NCBI GenBank assembly: GCA_902634325.1
Contig: CACPJP010000001.1
Location: 30,656 to 94,655 of the forward strand
Origin: an uncultured Pelagibacteraceae bacterium
GTDB taxonomy: Bacteria; Pseudomonadota; Alphaproteobacteria; Pelagibacterales; Pelagibacteraceae
DNA: 64,000 nucleotides
Reading direction: 5' to 3'
The notes below the pieces were generated by a model. That model did not search any database. It saw only the letters and a program-made list of their open reading frames with translations, and was not told the DNA's origin. Position 1 is the first letter of the stretch. Every line of letters starts with the position of its first letter. The position numbers were made by a program, and so were the translations under genes. This document shows, in pieces, positions 28,561 through 38,280 of this stretch.

Positions 28561-30386
28561 GTTTTTTCAACTTTCGCTCCCGTTACTTCACTTGGCGGAA
28601 CGTTTTGAGGAATGTAATCCTCTTTAGCTCCGGGGACACTAAAATCATACGCCCATCGATAAACTTTTGGAGTCTCCTTACCCCAGTTTCCATGCTCTGG
28701 TGGCATTTGAGGAGTTTGCCATTCTAATGAGCAAGCTTTCCAAGGATTTTTTTCCGATTTCTTCCCTAAACGGGCACTAACGATAATATTATATAAGAAG
28801 AGCAATTGAGCTGCGCCCACTATTAAAGCTGCTATTGTAATAAACTGGTTCAAAAGCAAAGTTGAAGTTTCAATATACGGGCTTTCATAAATTTCAAAAT
28901 ATCTTCTTGGAACGCCTACAAAGCCTTGGTAATGCATTGGAAAGTAAATTGCGTAAGATCCAACAAAGGTTATCCAAAAGTGAATTTTTCCTAGCGTCTC
29001 ATTTAACATTCTACCTGTGATTAAAGGATACCAGTGATATATAGCTCCAAAAACTACTAATATCGGAGCAATACCCATCACCATATGAAAGTGTGCTACA
29101 ACAAAATAAGTGTCAGACAAAGGAACATCCACAGTTACGTTTCCTAAAAACAATCCGGTTAAACCTCCGTTTAGGAATGTCACTATAAATGCTAGAGAAA
29201 ACAACATTGGTAGTGATAGTTGAATATTCCCTCTCCAGAGAGTTATGATCCAGTTATAAACTTTAATCGCTGTAGGAACGGCTATAATCAAAGTCGTAGT
29301 TGCAAAAAAGAAACCAAACCAAGGATTCATTCCGCTAACATACATGTGGTGAGCCCATACAAAGAAACTTAAAGCTCCAATTCCTACTATTGCCCAAACC
29401 ATCATTCTATAACCAAAAATATTTTTTCTAGCATGTACAGAAAGTAAATCAGATACAATTCCAAACGCAGGAAGAGCAACTATATAAACTTCTGGATGTC
29501 CAAAAAACCAAAATAGGTGTTGAAATAATATAGGACTTCCGCCATCGTAAGATAATTTTTCTCCTAGGGAAACCATGGCTGGCATGAAGAAACTTGTTCC
29601 TAACATGCTGTCAAGCGTCATCATCAAACAACCAACCAAAAGTGCGGGGAATGCTAGTAGTGCAAGAACTGTAGCTGTAAATATTCCCCAAATCGTAAGG
29701 GGCATTCTCATTAAAGTCATTCCTCTAGCTCTAAGCTGTAAAACAGTAATTATGTAATTAAGTCCGCCCATAGTGAAACCCGCAACAAATAAAATAAGTG
29801 ATACCAACATCAGTATAATTCCCCAATCACTTCCTGGTGTGCCTGCGGTTATGGCTTGAGGTGGATACAAGGTCCAACCAGCACCGGTTGGTCCACCTGG
29901 AACAAAAAAACTAGCAAGTAAAACTAAAACAGCAACAACAAAAGCCCAGTAGCTGAGCATGTTGACATACGGAAATGCCATATCTCTCGATCCACACATT
30001 AAAGGTATTAAAAGATTTCCAAATCCTCCTAGGAATAAAGCTGTAAGAAGATAAATTACCATTATCATTCCATGCATAGTAACAAATTGATAATAGGCAG
30101 CTGGTTCAAGCCAACCTAAACCCGGAAAGGCAAGTTGAATTCGCATCAACCAAGACAGTACTAAACCTAGAAGCCCAGTTCCTATTGCTGTTAAAGCATA
30201 TTGTACCCCAATATATTTTGCATCTTGAGAAAAAACATAAGTCGTCCACCAACTATGTGAGTGATAAAGCTCCTGATCTGCTACCTCCGCCTCAGGAACA
30301 GAATCAATATCTGACGCACCAACGGTTGATGCATCAGTAGTATAATCTGATTTGGCTTCTAATTTATGTTCGTATTCATCTGACAT
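28557..30386 (-). CDS. ctaD: Cytochrome c oxidase subunit I
   Basis: 609 aa. HGMIMV, WFFGHPEVY, HHMY and VAHFHMVM heme/CuB ligand motifs. Confidence 0.95.
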   Translation of the reverse strand: MSDEYEHKLEAKSDYTTDASTVGASDIDSVPEAEVADQELYHSHSWWTTYVFSQDAKYIGVQYALTAIGTGLLGLVLSWLMRIQLAFPGLGWLEPAAYYQFVTMHGMIMVIYLLTALFLGGFGNLLIPLMCGSRDMAFPYVNMLSYWAFVVAVLVLLASFFVPGGPTGAGWTLYPPQAITAGTPGSDWGIILMLVSLILFVAGFTMGGLNYIITVLQLRARGMTLMRMPLTIWGIFTATVLALLAFPALLVGCLMMTLDSMLGTSFFMPAMVSLGEKLSYDGGSPILFQHLFWFFGHPEVYIVALPAFGIVSDLLSVHARKNIFGYRMMVWAIVGIGALSFFVWAHHMYVSGMNPWFGFFFATTTLIIAVPTAIKVYNWIITLWRGNIQLSLPMLFSLAFIVTFLNGGLTGLFLGNVTVDVPLSDTYFVVAHFHMVMGIAPILVVFGAIYHWYPLITGRMLNETLGKIHFWITFVGSYAIYFPMHYQGFVGVPRRYFEIYESPYIETSTLLLNQFITIAALIVGAAQLLFLYNIIVSARLGKKSEKNPWKACSLEWQTPQMPPEHGNWGKETPKVYRWAYDFSVPGAKEDYIPQNVPPSEVTGAKVEKT

Positions 30387-30409
30387 TTTTTGTATCCTTT
30401 ATATATAAT

Positions 30410-31252
30410 TCATTTAGTACTTTTTGCTAGTTGTAAATTCTTAACATTTTTATTTTGCGCCAACATTTTTTCAAAAGTTATTTGCTTTGCTTCCCATTTT
30501 TTATAGTCCTGTTCTTTATCCACTATTACTCGACCGCGCATAGCATAATGTCCTGAGCCGCAGTATTCAGCACAAAGAACTTCGAAGTCCCCTGTCTTGG
30601 TTGGAGTTATCCAATAATAAGTGATTATTCCAGGAACCATATCCATCTTCCCTCTAAATTGTGGAACATAGAAATTGTGTAGAACATCAATCGTTCTTAG
30701 CTCAAACTTAACTGGTCGATCTATTAAAAGATGAAGTTCATCTCCATCAACCAAACGATCGTCTCTTCCGTTAGGATCTTCTAAAATTAAACCAAAAGGA
30801 TTTTCATCACTAATATATTTAATATCTGTCTTGCCTAAAATTCCATCGTCACCGGGTAGTCTATATTTCCATCCCCATTGATATGCAAAAACTTCCATCT
30901 TGTAAGCATTGTCTGGCACTGTAACGTAGTTATTCCAAACCACTAAACCTGGCGCTAACAATGCAGCCACACCTAAAGTAGTTATCCAGGTTAATCTGAA
31001 TTCTAATTTTTTATCTTCTGGTTTGTATTCTGCTCTTTTATCTTTTTTGTAAGCGAACTTCCAAACACAGTATGAAATAAATAAACATATAACTACAAAA
31101 ACAAAACCTGTCATCCAAAAAGTTAGGATGATGGTATCATCCATTCCACCCCAATTAGAGGCAACTTCAGGCCACCACCAAGGCGACCAAAAGTGAAATA
31201 CCACTGATCCAACTGTTATTAATAAAAAAACTATCGCTACTGCTACTGGCAT
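30410..31252 (-). CDS. ctaC: Cytochrome c oxidase subunit II (no fused cytochrome c domain)
   Basis: Two N-terminal TM helices and CuA site HNFYVPQF...CAEYCGSGHYAM. Confidence 0.9.
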   Translation of the reverse strand: MPVAVAIVFLLITVGSVVFHFWSPWWWPEVASNWGGMDDTIILTFWMTGFVFVVICLFISYCVWKFAYKKDKRAEYKPEDKKLEFRLTWITTLGVAALLAPGLVVWNNYVTVPDNAYKMEVFAYQWGWKYRLPGDDGILGKTDIKYISDENPFGLILEDPNGRDDRLVDGDELHLLIDRPVKFELRTIDVLHNFYVPQFRGKMDMVPGIITYYWITPTKTGDFEVLCAEYCGSGHYAMRGRVIVDKEQDYKKWEAKQITFEKMLAQNKNVKNLQLAKSTK

Positions 31253-31258
31253 ATAATC

Positions 31259-31519
31259 CTAAGCATTCGTTATAATAAAAATTGCAAATAAAATAATTCC
31301 AACAACCAAAATATGATTTCCTAAATCAATCCAACCTAGTTTCTTATTTTTTGAATCCACTAAATCCTTCCATCTAAATGGAACGGCTTTTCTTTTAACA
31401 GCAATTTCAGCTTCGTTTTCATTTTTTTCCAATCTTAAAGAGACTGAAAAGAAAACAAAATAAATGAACAGAATCAAAAAAATGACCAATCCAAGAAGTA
31501 ATGCATAAGAGCTACTCAT
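31259..31519 (-). CDS. 86-aa two-TM membrane protein leading the oxidase cluster
   Basis: Hydrophobic N- and C-terminal helices. It lies 6 nt upstream of ctaC. No recognisable motif. Confidence 0.4.
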   Translation of the reverse strand: MSSSYALLLGLVIFLILFIYFVFFSVSLRLEKNENEAEIAVKRKAVPFRWKDLVDSKNKKLGWIDLGNHILVVGIILFAIFIITNA

Positions 31520-31615
31520 AGTCTCAAGTTACTATATTAGAGAGCTTAATGCATGTTTAATAGGTTTTTGCGACACTTTTACATGGGCAAATTATGCTTA
31601 GATTTAAAGGGTAAA

Positions 31616-32335
31616 TTACTTAAAGTTTAAATTGTAACTTAAAATTGTAGTTGCAGCAATCGCTGCTGTCTCGGCACGCAAAAGATTCTTGGCTAGAGAG
31701 ATAGAGATAGTTTTTTTATGATTAACTATTAATTGTCTTTCGTTTTCTGAAAAATCTCCTTCTGGTCCAATTAAAATACAAATAGGATCTTTTCTTGATA
31801 AAATATTTTTTAGATTACTAGAATCACAATTAATATCACAAAAAATAAGTTTTCCATTCTCTGGAAAGTTTTTTAAAAAACTTTCTAAATTTTGAATTTT
31901 TAAAATTTCAGGGACTGAAATTCTATTGGATTGTTCACTTGCTTCGGTAACAATTTTTTCTGCTCTTTCGATATTAATTTCTCTAACCACACTTCTTTCA
32001 CACAAAAGTGGAATAAATTTTTGAACTCCAAGTTCTGTGGTTTTTTGAATCATCATATCTTGTGGAATTTTTTTTATAGGAGAGAAAGCTAACCATAGAT
32101 TATTATGTTCTTCTTGAGGTTTAGATAATTTTTCAACCTTAAATTCTGTTAAATCCTTGCCCTGAACAAGAATACTGACATCCCACTCACCGTTTGAAGA
32201 GTTAAAGAGAGATATTTTGTCACCTGGTTTTAATCTCATTACATTTTTAATATAGTGAGATTGGCTTTCCGAAAGTTTAGAAATAAGACCACTTTTTAAT
32301 TCTTTAGGATAAAAAAGTCTTGCTTTTGAAGTCAT
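31616..32335 (-). CDS. rsmE: 16S rRNA (uracil1498-N3)-methyltransferase
   Basis: HYIKNVMRLKPGD PUA-like N-terminus and C-terminal LIGPEGDFSENE. Confidence 0.85.
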   Translation of the reverse strand: MTSKARLFYPKELKSGLISKLSESQSHYIKNVMRLKPGDKISLFNSSNGEWDVSILVQGKDLTEFKVEKLSKPQEEHNNLWLAFSPIKKIPQDMMIQKTTELGVQKFIPLLCERSVVREINIERAEKIVTEASEQSNRISVPEILKIQNLESFLKNFPENGKLIFCDINCDSSNLKNILSRKDPICILIGPEGDFSENERQLIVNHKKTISISLAKNLLRAETAAIAATTILSYNLNFK

Positions 32336-32356
32336 GAAGAATTTATATAAGTTAAA

Positions 32357-33337
32357 ATGGCAAAATCAATTATTATTAATAAGCACGGTGGCCCAGAAGT
32401 TTTGGAATTGGTAGATGCTAAAGTCAGATCTCCGGGTCCAAAACATATTAGAATTAAAAATTTAGCTATTGGTTTAAATTTTATTGACACTTATCACAGA
32501 ACCGGTCTTTACCCTATCAAATTACCTTGTGGCTTAGGAATGGAGGGAGCAGGAGTTGTCGAAGAGGTTGGTTCTGAAGTAAAAATTTTTAGTAAAGGAG
32601 ACAATGTAGCTTATGCATCTCCACCTTTGGGTTCATATTCTGACGAAAGAGTTATACCAGAAAGAATTGCTGTTAAAATACCAAACGGAATAACTCATAA
32701 AATTGCTGCAAGCATTATGACAAAGGGTTTAACGGTACATTATCTTTTGTTTAAAACTTATAAGGTTAGTGCTGGCGAAACAATTCTTTTTCATGCAGCC
32801 GCTGGTGGTGTTGGTCAAATTTTTTGTCAGTGGGCAAAAAGCATTGGTTGTAAAGTAATTGGCACTGTTGGATCAGATAGTAAAATTGATGTTGCAAAAA
32901 AAAATGGATGTGACTTTGTTATTAACTACAACAAAGAGAGTTTTGATAAAAAGGTTCTTGAAATAACCGAAAATAAAGGGATTGGTGTTGTTTACGATGG
33001 TGTGGGAAAAGAAACTTTTGAAAAATCTATTAACTGCTTGAAACCAAGAGGTATGATGGTTTCTTTTGGAAATTCATCCGGCATGTTAAATCCAATAGAC
33101 GTCAAAAAACACATAGCCCCAAAAAGTCTTTTTTTTACAAGACCGGCACTAACAAATTATGTCTCTCAAAGAAATGAATTTGAAGAATCAGCTGCCTCAC
33201 TATTTAAAGCAATAAAATTTGGCAAAGTGAAAATAAAAATTTTTAAGGAATATGCTTTATCAGACGCTAGAAAAGCCCACGAAGATTTAGAGGCAAGAAA
33301 AATCATAGGTCCAGCTTTATTAGTTCCTAATGAATAA
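32357..33337 (+). CDS. qor: NADPH:quinone oxidoreductase (zeta-crystallin/MDR family)
   Basis: HGGPEVLELVD, AIGLNFIDTYHRTGLYP and the AAAGGVG nucleotide-binding motif. Confidence 0.85.
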   Translation: MAKSIIINKHGGPEVLELVDAKVRSPGPKHIRIKNLAIGLNFIDTYHRTGLYPIKLPCGLGMEGAGVVEEVGSEVKIFSKGDNVAYASPPLGSYSDERVIPERIAVKIPNGITHKIAASIMTKGLTVHYLLFKTYKVSAGETILFHAAAGGVGQIFCQWAKSIGCKVIGTVGSDSKIDVAKKNGCDFVINYNKESFDKKVLEITENKGIGVVYDGVGKETFEKSINCLKPRGMMVSFGNSSGMLNPIDVKKHIAPKSLFFTRPALTNYVSQRNEFEESAASLFKAIKFGKVKIKIFKEYALSDARKAHEDLEARKIIGPALLVPNE

Positions 33338-33584
33338 TACAAAAATAATAAGTCCCTGTATTAGCATTTGTAAAAGCGACCCTGCTACAAATTTTTGCTA
33401 TGGTTGTGCTAGAACGGACGAAGAAAAAAAAATCTGGAAAAACCCAAACACAACAAATGAGTGGAAAAAAGAAAATTTGAATATTTTGATGGGCAGAATG
33501 AATGAAGCTCAACTTAAAACTTTTGGGCAGTCATATGAAGAGAAGCTTGAGTTTGGAAAGTTGGTTTATTCTAAAAAAACCTAA
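33330..33584 (+). CDS. DUF1289-type small Cys-rich protein
   Basis: SPCISICKSDPATNFCYGCARTDEE matches the C-x3-C...C-x2-C-x-RT pattern of that family (name from memory). 8-nt overlap with qor. Confidence 0.65.
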   Translation: MNNTKIISPCISICKSDPATNFCYGCARTDEEKKIWKNPNTTNEWKKENLNILMGRMNEAQLKTFGQSYEEKLEFGKLVYSKKT

Positions 33585-33772
33585 AGAAAAAACCATAAAA
33601 CTAAACCTACAATTGCCAATATAATTATTAATATTCTTACGCCAAAAAGATAATTTGTTAGACTTTTTGAATCTTCTATATTTTTTTTCTTCCCCGCGCC
33701 CAATCTAATGACAAGATAAAATGTCAGTAATAAAATTAATATAACTATAAGTATAATTGGCTTGCTAAACAT
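33581..33772 (-). CDS. 63-aa two-TM membrane protein
   Basis: Last gene of a three-gene small-membrane-protein unit. Its ATG overlaps the preceding 54-aa ORF by 8 nt. Confidence 0.35.
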   Translation of the reverse strand: MFSKPIILIVILILLLTFYLVIRLGAGKKKNIEDSKSLTNYLFGVRILIIILAIVGLVLWFFL

Positions 33773-33929
33773 AATTAGAAGGATCTTGCGTAGCTATTGT
33801 ATTCTTTTGTGCTGCTCCTCCTGGATCTGCTTTTGAAGTCATAATAATAGGCAGAAATAAGCCTAGAGCGTATAAAAGAATTATAACAATTGAGGCAATT
33901 ATAAAAGCTCTAATAGCATTAATTTTCAT
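33765..33929 (-). CDS. Unlisted 54-aa membrane protein
   Basis: Manual translation gives MKINAIRAFIIASIVIILLYALGLFLPIIMTSKADPGGAAQKNTIATQDPSNYV. It starts 5 nt after the DUF2721 gene stop and fills the gap exactly. Confidence 0.35.
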   Translation of the reverse strand: MKINAIRAFIIASIVIILLYALGLFLPIIMTSKADPGGAAQKNTIATQDPSNYV

Positions 33930-33934
33930 AAAGA

Positions 33935-34339
33935 TTATTCCTCATCTATCTTCATGTCAGATAAGTGAAGAGATAGTGCTTTGGTTGAAACGATTATCTC
34001 CCACAGAAAAAATAATATGGAAAAAATCATAAGAAGACAACACATTCCAAAAAGTAATCTTGCTACAAAGACTTCTCCTAGATAGAGAGCAAATATTGTG
34101 GTCATATTAAATAGAAAACCAGTACCGGCTAATCCAATAGCATATTTTAAATTCACGCTTCTCTTGCTCAAATTTTTAAGCTGTTTTTTCCATTCAGGCG
34201 GTATGTGTTTTTCAAAAACATATTCGTCGTGCAACTTTCTCACTAATGAGCTGAGAGTATGAAACCTATTACTATAAACACCCATTATAAGAGCTATGGC
34301 TGGAAACATTAGTGCTGCTACCGTGTAGTCTATATTCAT
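33935..34339 (-). CDS. DUF2721-like membrane protein
   Basis: 134 aa. MFPAIALIMGVYSNRFHTLSSLVRKL followed by two C-terminal TM helices (family name from memory). Confidence 0.55.
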   Translation of the reverse strand: MNIDYTVAALMFPAIALIMGVYSNRFHTLSSLVRKLHDEYVFEKHIPPEWKKQLKNLSKRSVNLKYAIGLAGTGFLFNMTTIFALYLGEVFVARLLFGMCCLLMIFSILFFLWEIIVSTKALSLHLSDMKIDEE

Positions 34340-34391
34340 ATCGAATCAAATTGATTATGTATTTAGTGTTTGGTATTTACAAGAACTAATA

Positions 34392-35267
34392 ATGTCATCA
34401 CATATAAAAAACTTCATTAATGTAACAAGATTAAATAAACCTGTTGGTTTTCTTTTATTATTCTGGCCATGTGCTTGGGGTTTGTCGCTAGCATATTATT
34501 TCAAAAAAGATTTAAGCAACTTCGTTTACTACTTGTTTCTCTTTTTTTGTGGTTCAATTTTGATGAGAAGTGCCGGTTGTATAGTAAATGACATCGTTGA
34601 TGAGAAAATAGATAAAAAAGTTTATAGAACAAAAACAAGACCAATAGCTTCTGGAGATTTAAACAAAAGTTTGGGATTGATTTATGTTTTAATTTTATGT
34701 TTCTTTGCCTTCATTGTTCTTATTCAATTTAATTTGCTAACAATATATTTGGGAATGTTTTCGATGATATTCGCTTTTACCTACCCATTCATGAAACGAT
34801 TTACATATTGGCCTCAATTGTTTTTGGGATTTACCTTTAATTGGGGAATTATTATGGCTTGGACTTCTGTTGAAAACAACATCTCTTATTTGCCAATAGT
34901 TTTGTATGTTGGAGCCATATTTTGGACACTCGGCTATGACACGATTTATGGAACGCAAGATGCATCGGATGATGAGATAATAGGTGTTAAATCTACCGCA
35001 ATTAGATTTAAAAAAAATCTTCATATTTTCGTAAGCAGTTGCTATATCGTTAGTTCAGTATTAATACTTTTTGTAGTTATGAAATTAGAGGTAAGTTATT
35101 TTTTAATTCTTTTGTTAATTTTTATGTCTAGCTTGTTTTATCAAATTAAAATTTTTGATCCAAAAAAACCGTCTGCCTGTTTAAGAGCCTTTAAGTTAAA
35201 TAATATTTCTGGATTAATTTTGTTTTTGACAATTTTTTTAATTACGGCCAAAAATCAATGGAATTAA
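34392..35267 (+). CDS. ubiA: 4-hydroxybenzoate polyprenyltransferase
   Basis: The NDIVDEKIDKKVYRTKTRPIASG motif plus the second Asp-rich motif YDTIYGTQDASDD. Confidence 0.9.
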   Translation: MSSHIKNFINVTRLNKPVGFLLLFWPCAWGLSLAYYFKKDLSNFVYYLFLFFCGSILMRSAGCIVNDIVDEKIDKKVYRTKTRPIASGDLNKSLGLIYVLILCFFAFIVLIQFNLLTIYLGMFSMIFAFTYPFMKRFTYWPQLFLGFTFNWGIIMAWTSVENNISYLPIVLYVGAIFWTLGYDTIYGTQDASDDEIIGVKSTAIRFKKNLHIFVSSCYIVSSVLILFVVMKLEVSYFLILLLIFMSSLFYQIKIFDPKKPSACLRAFKLNNISGLILFLTIFLITAKNQWN

Positions 35268-37000
35268 AAACAATTACATTTTACTTAAAGCGGCTTTACA
35301 AAGAATATGTAAAAGAACATTTGTGGCGTGTATTTTTCGCTTTATTACTTTCAGTTGTTGTGGCAGGAACAACTTCCGCAATTGCTTGGTTATTAGATCC
35401 GGCTGTTAAAAAAATTTTTATAGATAAGGATAAAACGTATGCCGCTGTCATTCCTATCCTTATAATTATTGTTTTTGCTGGAAAAGGAGCTTCTTTATAT
35501 TTTGCAAGATATTTTGTCATAGTTTTGGGATTTAGAGTATTAGAAAAAATGCAAAGCCAAATGGCTGAAAATATTTTGATGTCGGATACCCAAACTTTAG
35601 AATCAAAACACTCTGGTAAATATATTTCTAGTTTTCTATATGATGTTGGGCAAATACAAAGTTTAATTAGTACTGGTTTTTTAAGCTTAATGAAAGATAG
35701 CTTAACACTAATTACACTGCTCGGTGTAATGTTTTATCAAAACTGGAAGCTTACACTATTTGCAATGCTAATGATGCCTCTAGCTGCAGTTTTTGCAAAA
35801 TCTCTAGGAAAAAGAATGGGAAAAGCTACGACAGAAAGTGCCATTCAAAATGCAAATTTTACAATGTATTTAATGGAACTTCTTAAAGGCTCTAAGATTA
35901 TAAAAATATATCAAAAGGAAGAAATAGAGAAAGAAAAATCTAGAGCGGCTATAAACAATTTAACAGACATTAGAATTAAAATTGGAGAAATTTTAATTAG
36001 AGCAACCCCCATAATGGAGACCTTAACCGGTATCATGATTGCTGGGTTTATTTACTACTCAGGATCTCTTATAGCAGCCGGTGAGATAGGAATAAATAAT
36101 TTTTTTTCTTTTTTAGCAGCAATGATGCTTTCCTACCAACCAGTTAGATCTTTGGCCACGCTGAATATGTCGGTTTATCAAGGTACAGCTGCTGCAGAAA
36201 GAATTTTTAAAATATTAGATGAAAAAATACAAATAAGAGATCAAAAAAAACTTCCAGATCTTAAAATTGAAAATGCCAATATACAATTTAAAAATGTGAG
36301 CTTTCAATATAGAACTGGAAAAGAAAGTGCTGTTAAGAACATCAATTTAAATATTCAGGGTGGAAAAATTACAGCCTTAGTTGGTCACAGTGGTGCAGGA
36401 AAAAGTACAATTATGAATTTAATACCGAGATTTTACCAACAACAAAAAGGAGGAATACTAATTGATGGTCAAAATATACAAGAAATTTCATTATATTCTT
36501 TAAGAAGTAAAATTTCACTTGTAAGCCAAGATATTATACTTTTCGATGATAGCGTTGAAAACAATCTTAAATATGCAAAATTAGATGCATCACAAGAAGA
36601 AATAAGAAACGCATGTGAATTGGCTGCTGCCAATGAATTTATTGATGCACTTCCACAAAAATATAAAACAGTTATTGGAGAAAACGGCGTTATACTCTCA
36701 GGCGGACAAAAACAAAGAATTTCTATAGCGAGAGCCATACTTAAAAATGCCCCTATAATTTTGCTAGACGAAGCAACATCATCTTTGGATGCAGATTCTG
36801 AAGAAAAAGTACAAAATGCTATTTTTAATTTAACAAAGAATAAAACTACTCTTGTAATCGCACATAGACTGTCAACTATTAATAAGGCGGACACTATAAT
36901 GGTTATGAAGAACGGGAGTATTCTTGAATCTGGCAGACACAATGAACTTCTAGAGAAATCTGAGGATTATAAAAATCTATATAGTAAACAAGTAATTTAA
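35258..37000 (+). CDS. msbA: Lipid A export ABC transporter (MsbA-like, fused TMD-NBD)
   Basis: Six-TM N-terminal half. Walker A GHSGAGKST, LSGGQKQRISIARA signature, ILLDEATSSLD Walker B. Lies upstream of waaA-lpxK. Confidence 0.85.
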   Translation: MELKTITFYLKRLYKEYVKEHLWRVFFALLLSVVVAGTTSAIAWLLDPAVKKIFIDKDKTYAAVIPILIIIVFAGKGASLYFARYFVIVLGFRVLEKMQSQMAENILMSDTQTLESKHSGKYISSFLYDVGQIQSLISTGFLSLMKDSLTLITLLGVMFYQNWKLTLFAMLMMPLAAVFAKSLGKRMGKATTESAIQNANFTMYLMELLKGSKIIKIYQKEEIEKEKSRAAINNLTDIRIKIGEILIRATPIMETLTGIMIAGFIYYSGSLIAAGEIGINNFFSFLAAMMLSYQPVRSLATLNMSVYQGTAAAERIFKILDEKIQIRDQKKLPDLKIENANIQFKNVSFQYRTGKESAVKNINLNIQGGKITALVGHSGAGKSTIMNLIPRFYQQQKGGILIDGQNIQEISLYSLRSKISLVSQDIILFDDSVENNLKYAKLDASQEEIRNACELAAANEFIDALPQKYKTVIGENGVILSGGQKQRISIARAILKNAPIILLDEATSSLDADSEEKVQNAIFNLTKNKTTLVIAHRLSTINKADTIMVMKNGSILESGRHNELLEKSEDYKNLYSKQVI

Positions 37001-37008
37001 AAAAAACT

Positions 37009-38280
37009 ATGTTAAAAGTTTTATACAACTTTTTTATTAAAATTTTTTATATTCCTTACTGTTTTATAATTTTTATTCGAAAATTTTATAAAAAGGAGCA
37101 TAAAATAAAATTTAAAGAAAAAATTTTTTTAAGTAATATTGAAAGACCTAAAGGATTTTTATTTTGGTTTCATGCGGCAAGCATAGGAGAATTAAATAGT
37201 ATTTTGCCAATAGTTGATTTTTTCTTAAAAAAAAACACTGGTTATAATTTTCTAATAACTACTGTAACTTTAAGTTCATTTTCTCAATTCCAAAAAAAAT
37301 ATAAAAATAATAACAGAGTTTTTCACCAATTTTTACCATACGACTCGAACCTTTTAATTAATAATTTCTTTAAAAATTGGAAGCCAGATCTTATATCTTT
37401 TGTAGACTCTGAAATCTGGCCCAATTTTTTTTTAAAAATTAAAAAAGAAAAATTGCCCCTCTTGCTTCTTAACGGAAGAATAACAAAAAAGACCTTTAAA
37501 AGATGGAAAATATTAAAAGATTTTGCATCAGAATTGTTTAGTTCTATTTCGCTCTCAATTGCATCCAATAAAGAAACCGTAAAACATTTAAGTTATTTTA
37601 ATGTTAAAAATGTAAAATTTTTTGGAAATATAAAATTCTGTTCTCCGTTAAATACCGAAAAAGATTCTCACCAAGATAATTTGCTGAATGTTGGTATCAA
37701 AAAAAAGATATGGTGTGCTATAAGCACACATGAAGGGGAAGAAATATTTTGTGGGAAAGTTCATCAAATAATTAAAAAAAGACATGAAGATATAATGACC
37801 ATAATCATACCAAGACATGTTGAAAGAACACAAAAAATCTTCTTTCATCTAAAAAAAATGGGACTGAAAGTTCAAATAAAGAATGAAAATGAAAATATAG
37901 ACAATAATTCTGATATCGTTTTAGTTAATTATTACGGATCTGTTTTAAAATATCTAAAAAAATTTAAACAAGTATTTATTGGAAAATCACTTTTAGAAAA
38001 ATTTAAAAAAGATGGTGGACAGAATCCAATAGATGCTGCAAAAATAGGGTGCAACATTTTTCACGGACCTTTCGTATCAAATTTTAGAGAAATTTATGAT
38101 TATCTAGATGATCAAAAATTTTCTCAAAAGATTTGTGAAACTGATGAACTAGCTGAAAACTTAATAAAGAATTTCTCTATCAAACAAGAGGTTAAAAATG
38201 AAAAACAGGATAAATTAATAGAATACAGCAATTTAATTTTTAAAAATGTTATCAAAGAATATGAAAGTTTTATCAAATGA
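37009..38280 (+). CDS. waaA: 3-deoxy-D-manno-octulosonic acid (Kdo) transferase
   Basis: The WFHAASIGELNSILPIV motif is typical of KdtA/WaaA. 423 aa. Confidence 0.88.
   Translation: MLKVLYNFFIKIFYIPYCFIIFIRKFYKKEHKIKFKEKIFLSNIERPKGFLFWFHAASIGELNSILPIVDFFLKKNTGYNFLITTVTLSSFSQFQKKYKNNNRVFHQFLPYDSNLLINNFFKNWKPDLISFVDSEIWPNFFLKIKKEKLPLLLLNGRITKKTFKRWKILKDFASELFSSISLSIASNKETVKHLSYFNVKNVKFFGNIKFCSPLNTEKDSHQDNLLNVGIKKKIWCAISTHEGEEIFCGKVHQIIKKRHEDIMTIIIPRHVERTQKIFFHLKKMGLKVQIKNENENIDNNSDIVLVNYYGSVLKYLKKFKQVFIGKSLLEKFKKDGGQNPIDAAKIGCNIFHGPFVSNFREIYDYLDDQKFSQKICETDELAENLIKNFSIKQEVKNEKQDKLIEYSNLIFKNVIKEYESFIK

Noticed and set aside
36469-36942. 157-aa antisense ORF inside the msbA nucleotide-binding domain
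   Set aside because: The opposite strand encodes intact Walker A, signature and Walker B motifs. The antisense frame is open by chance in a low-stop context.
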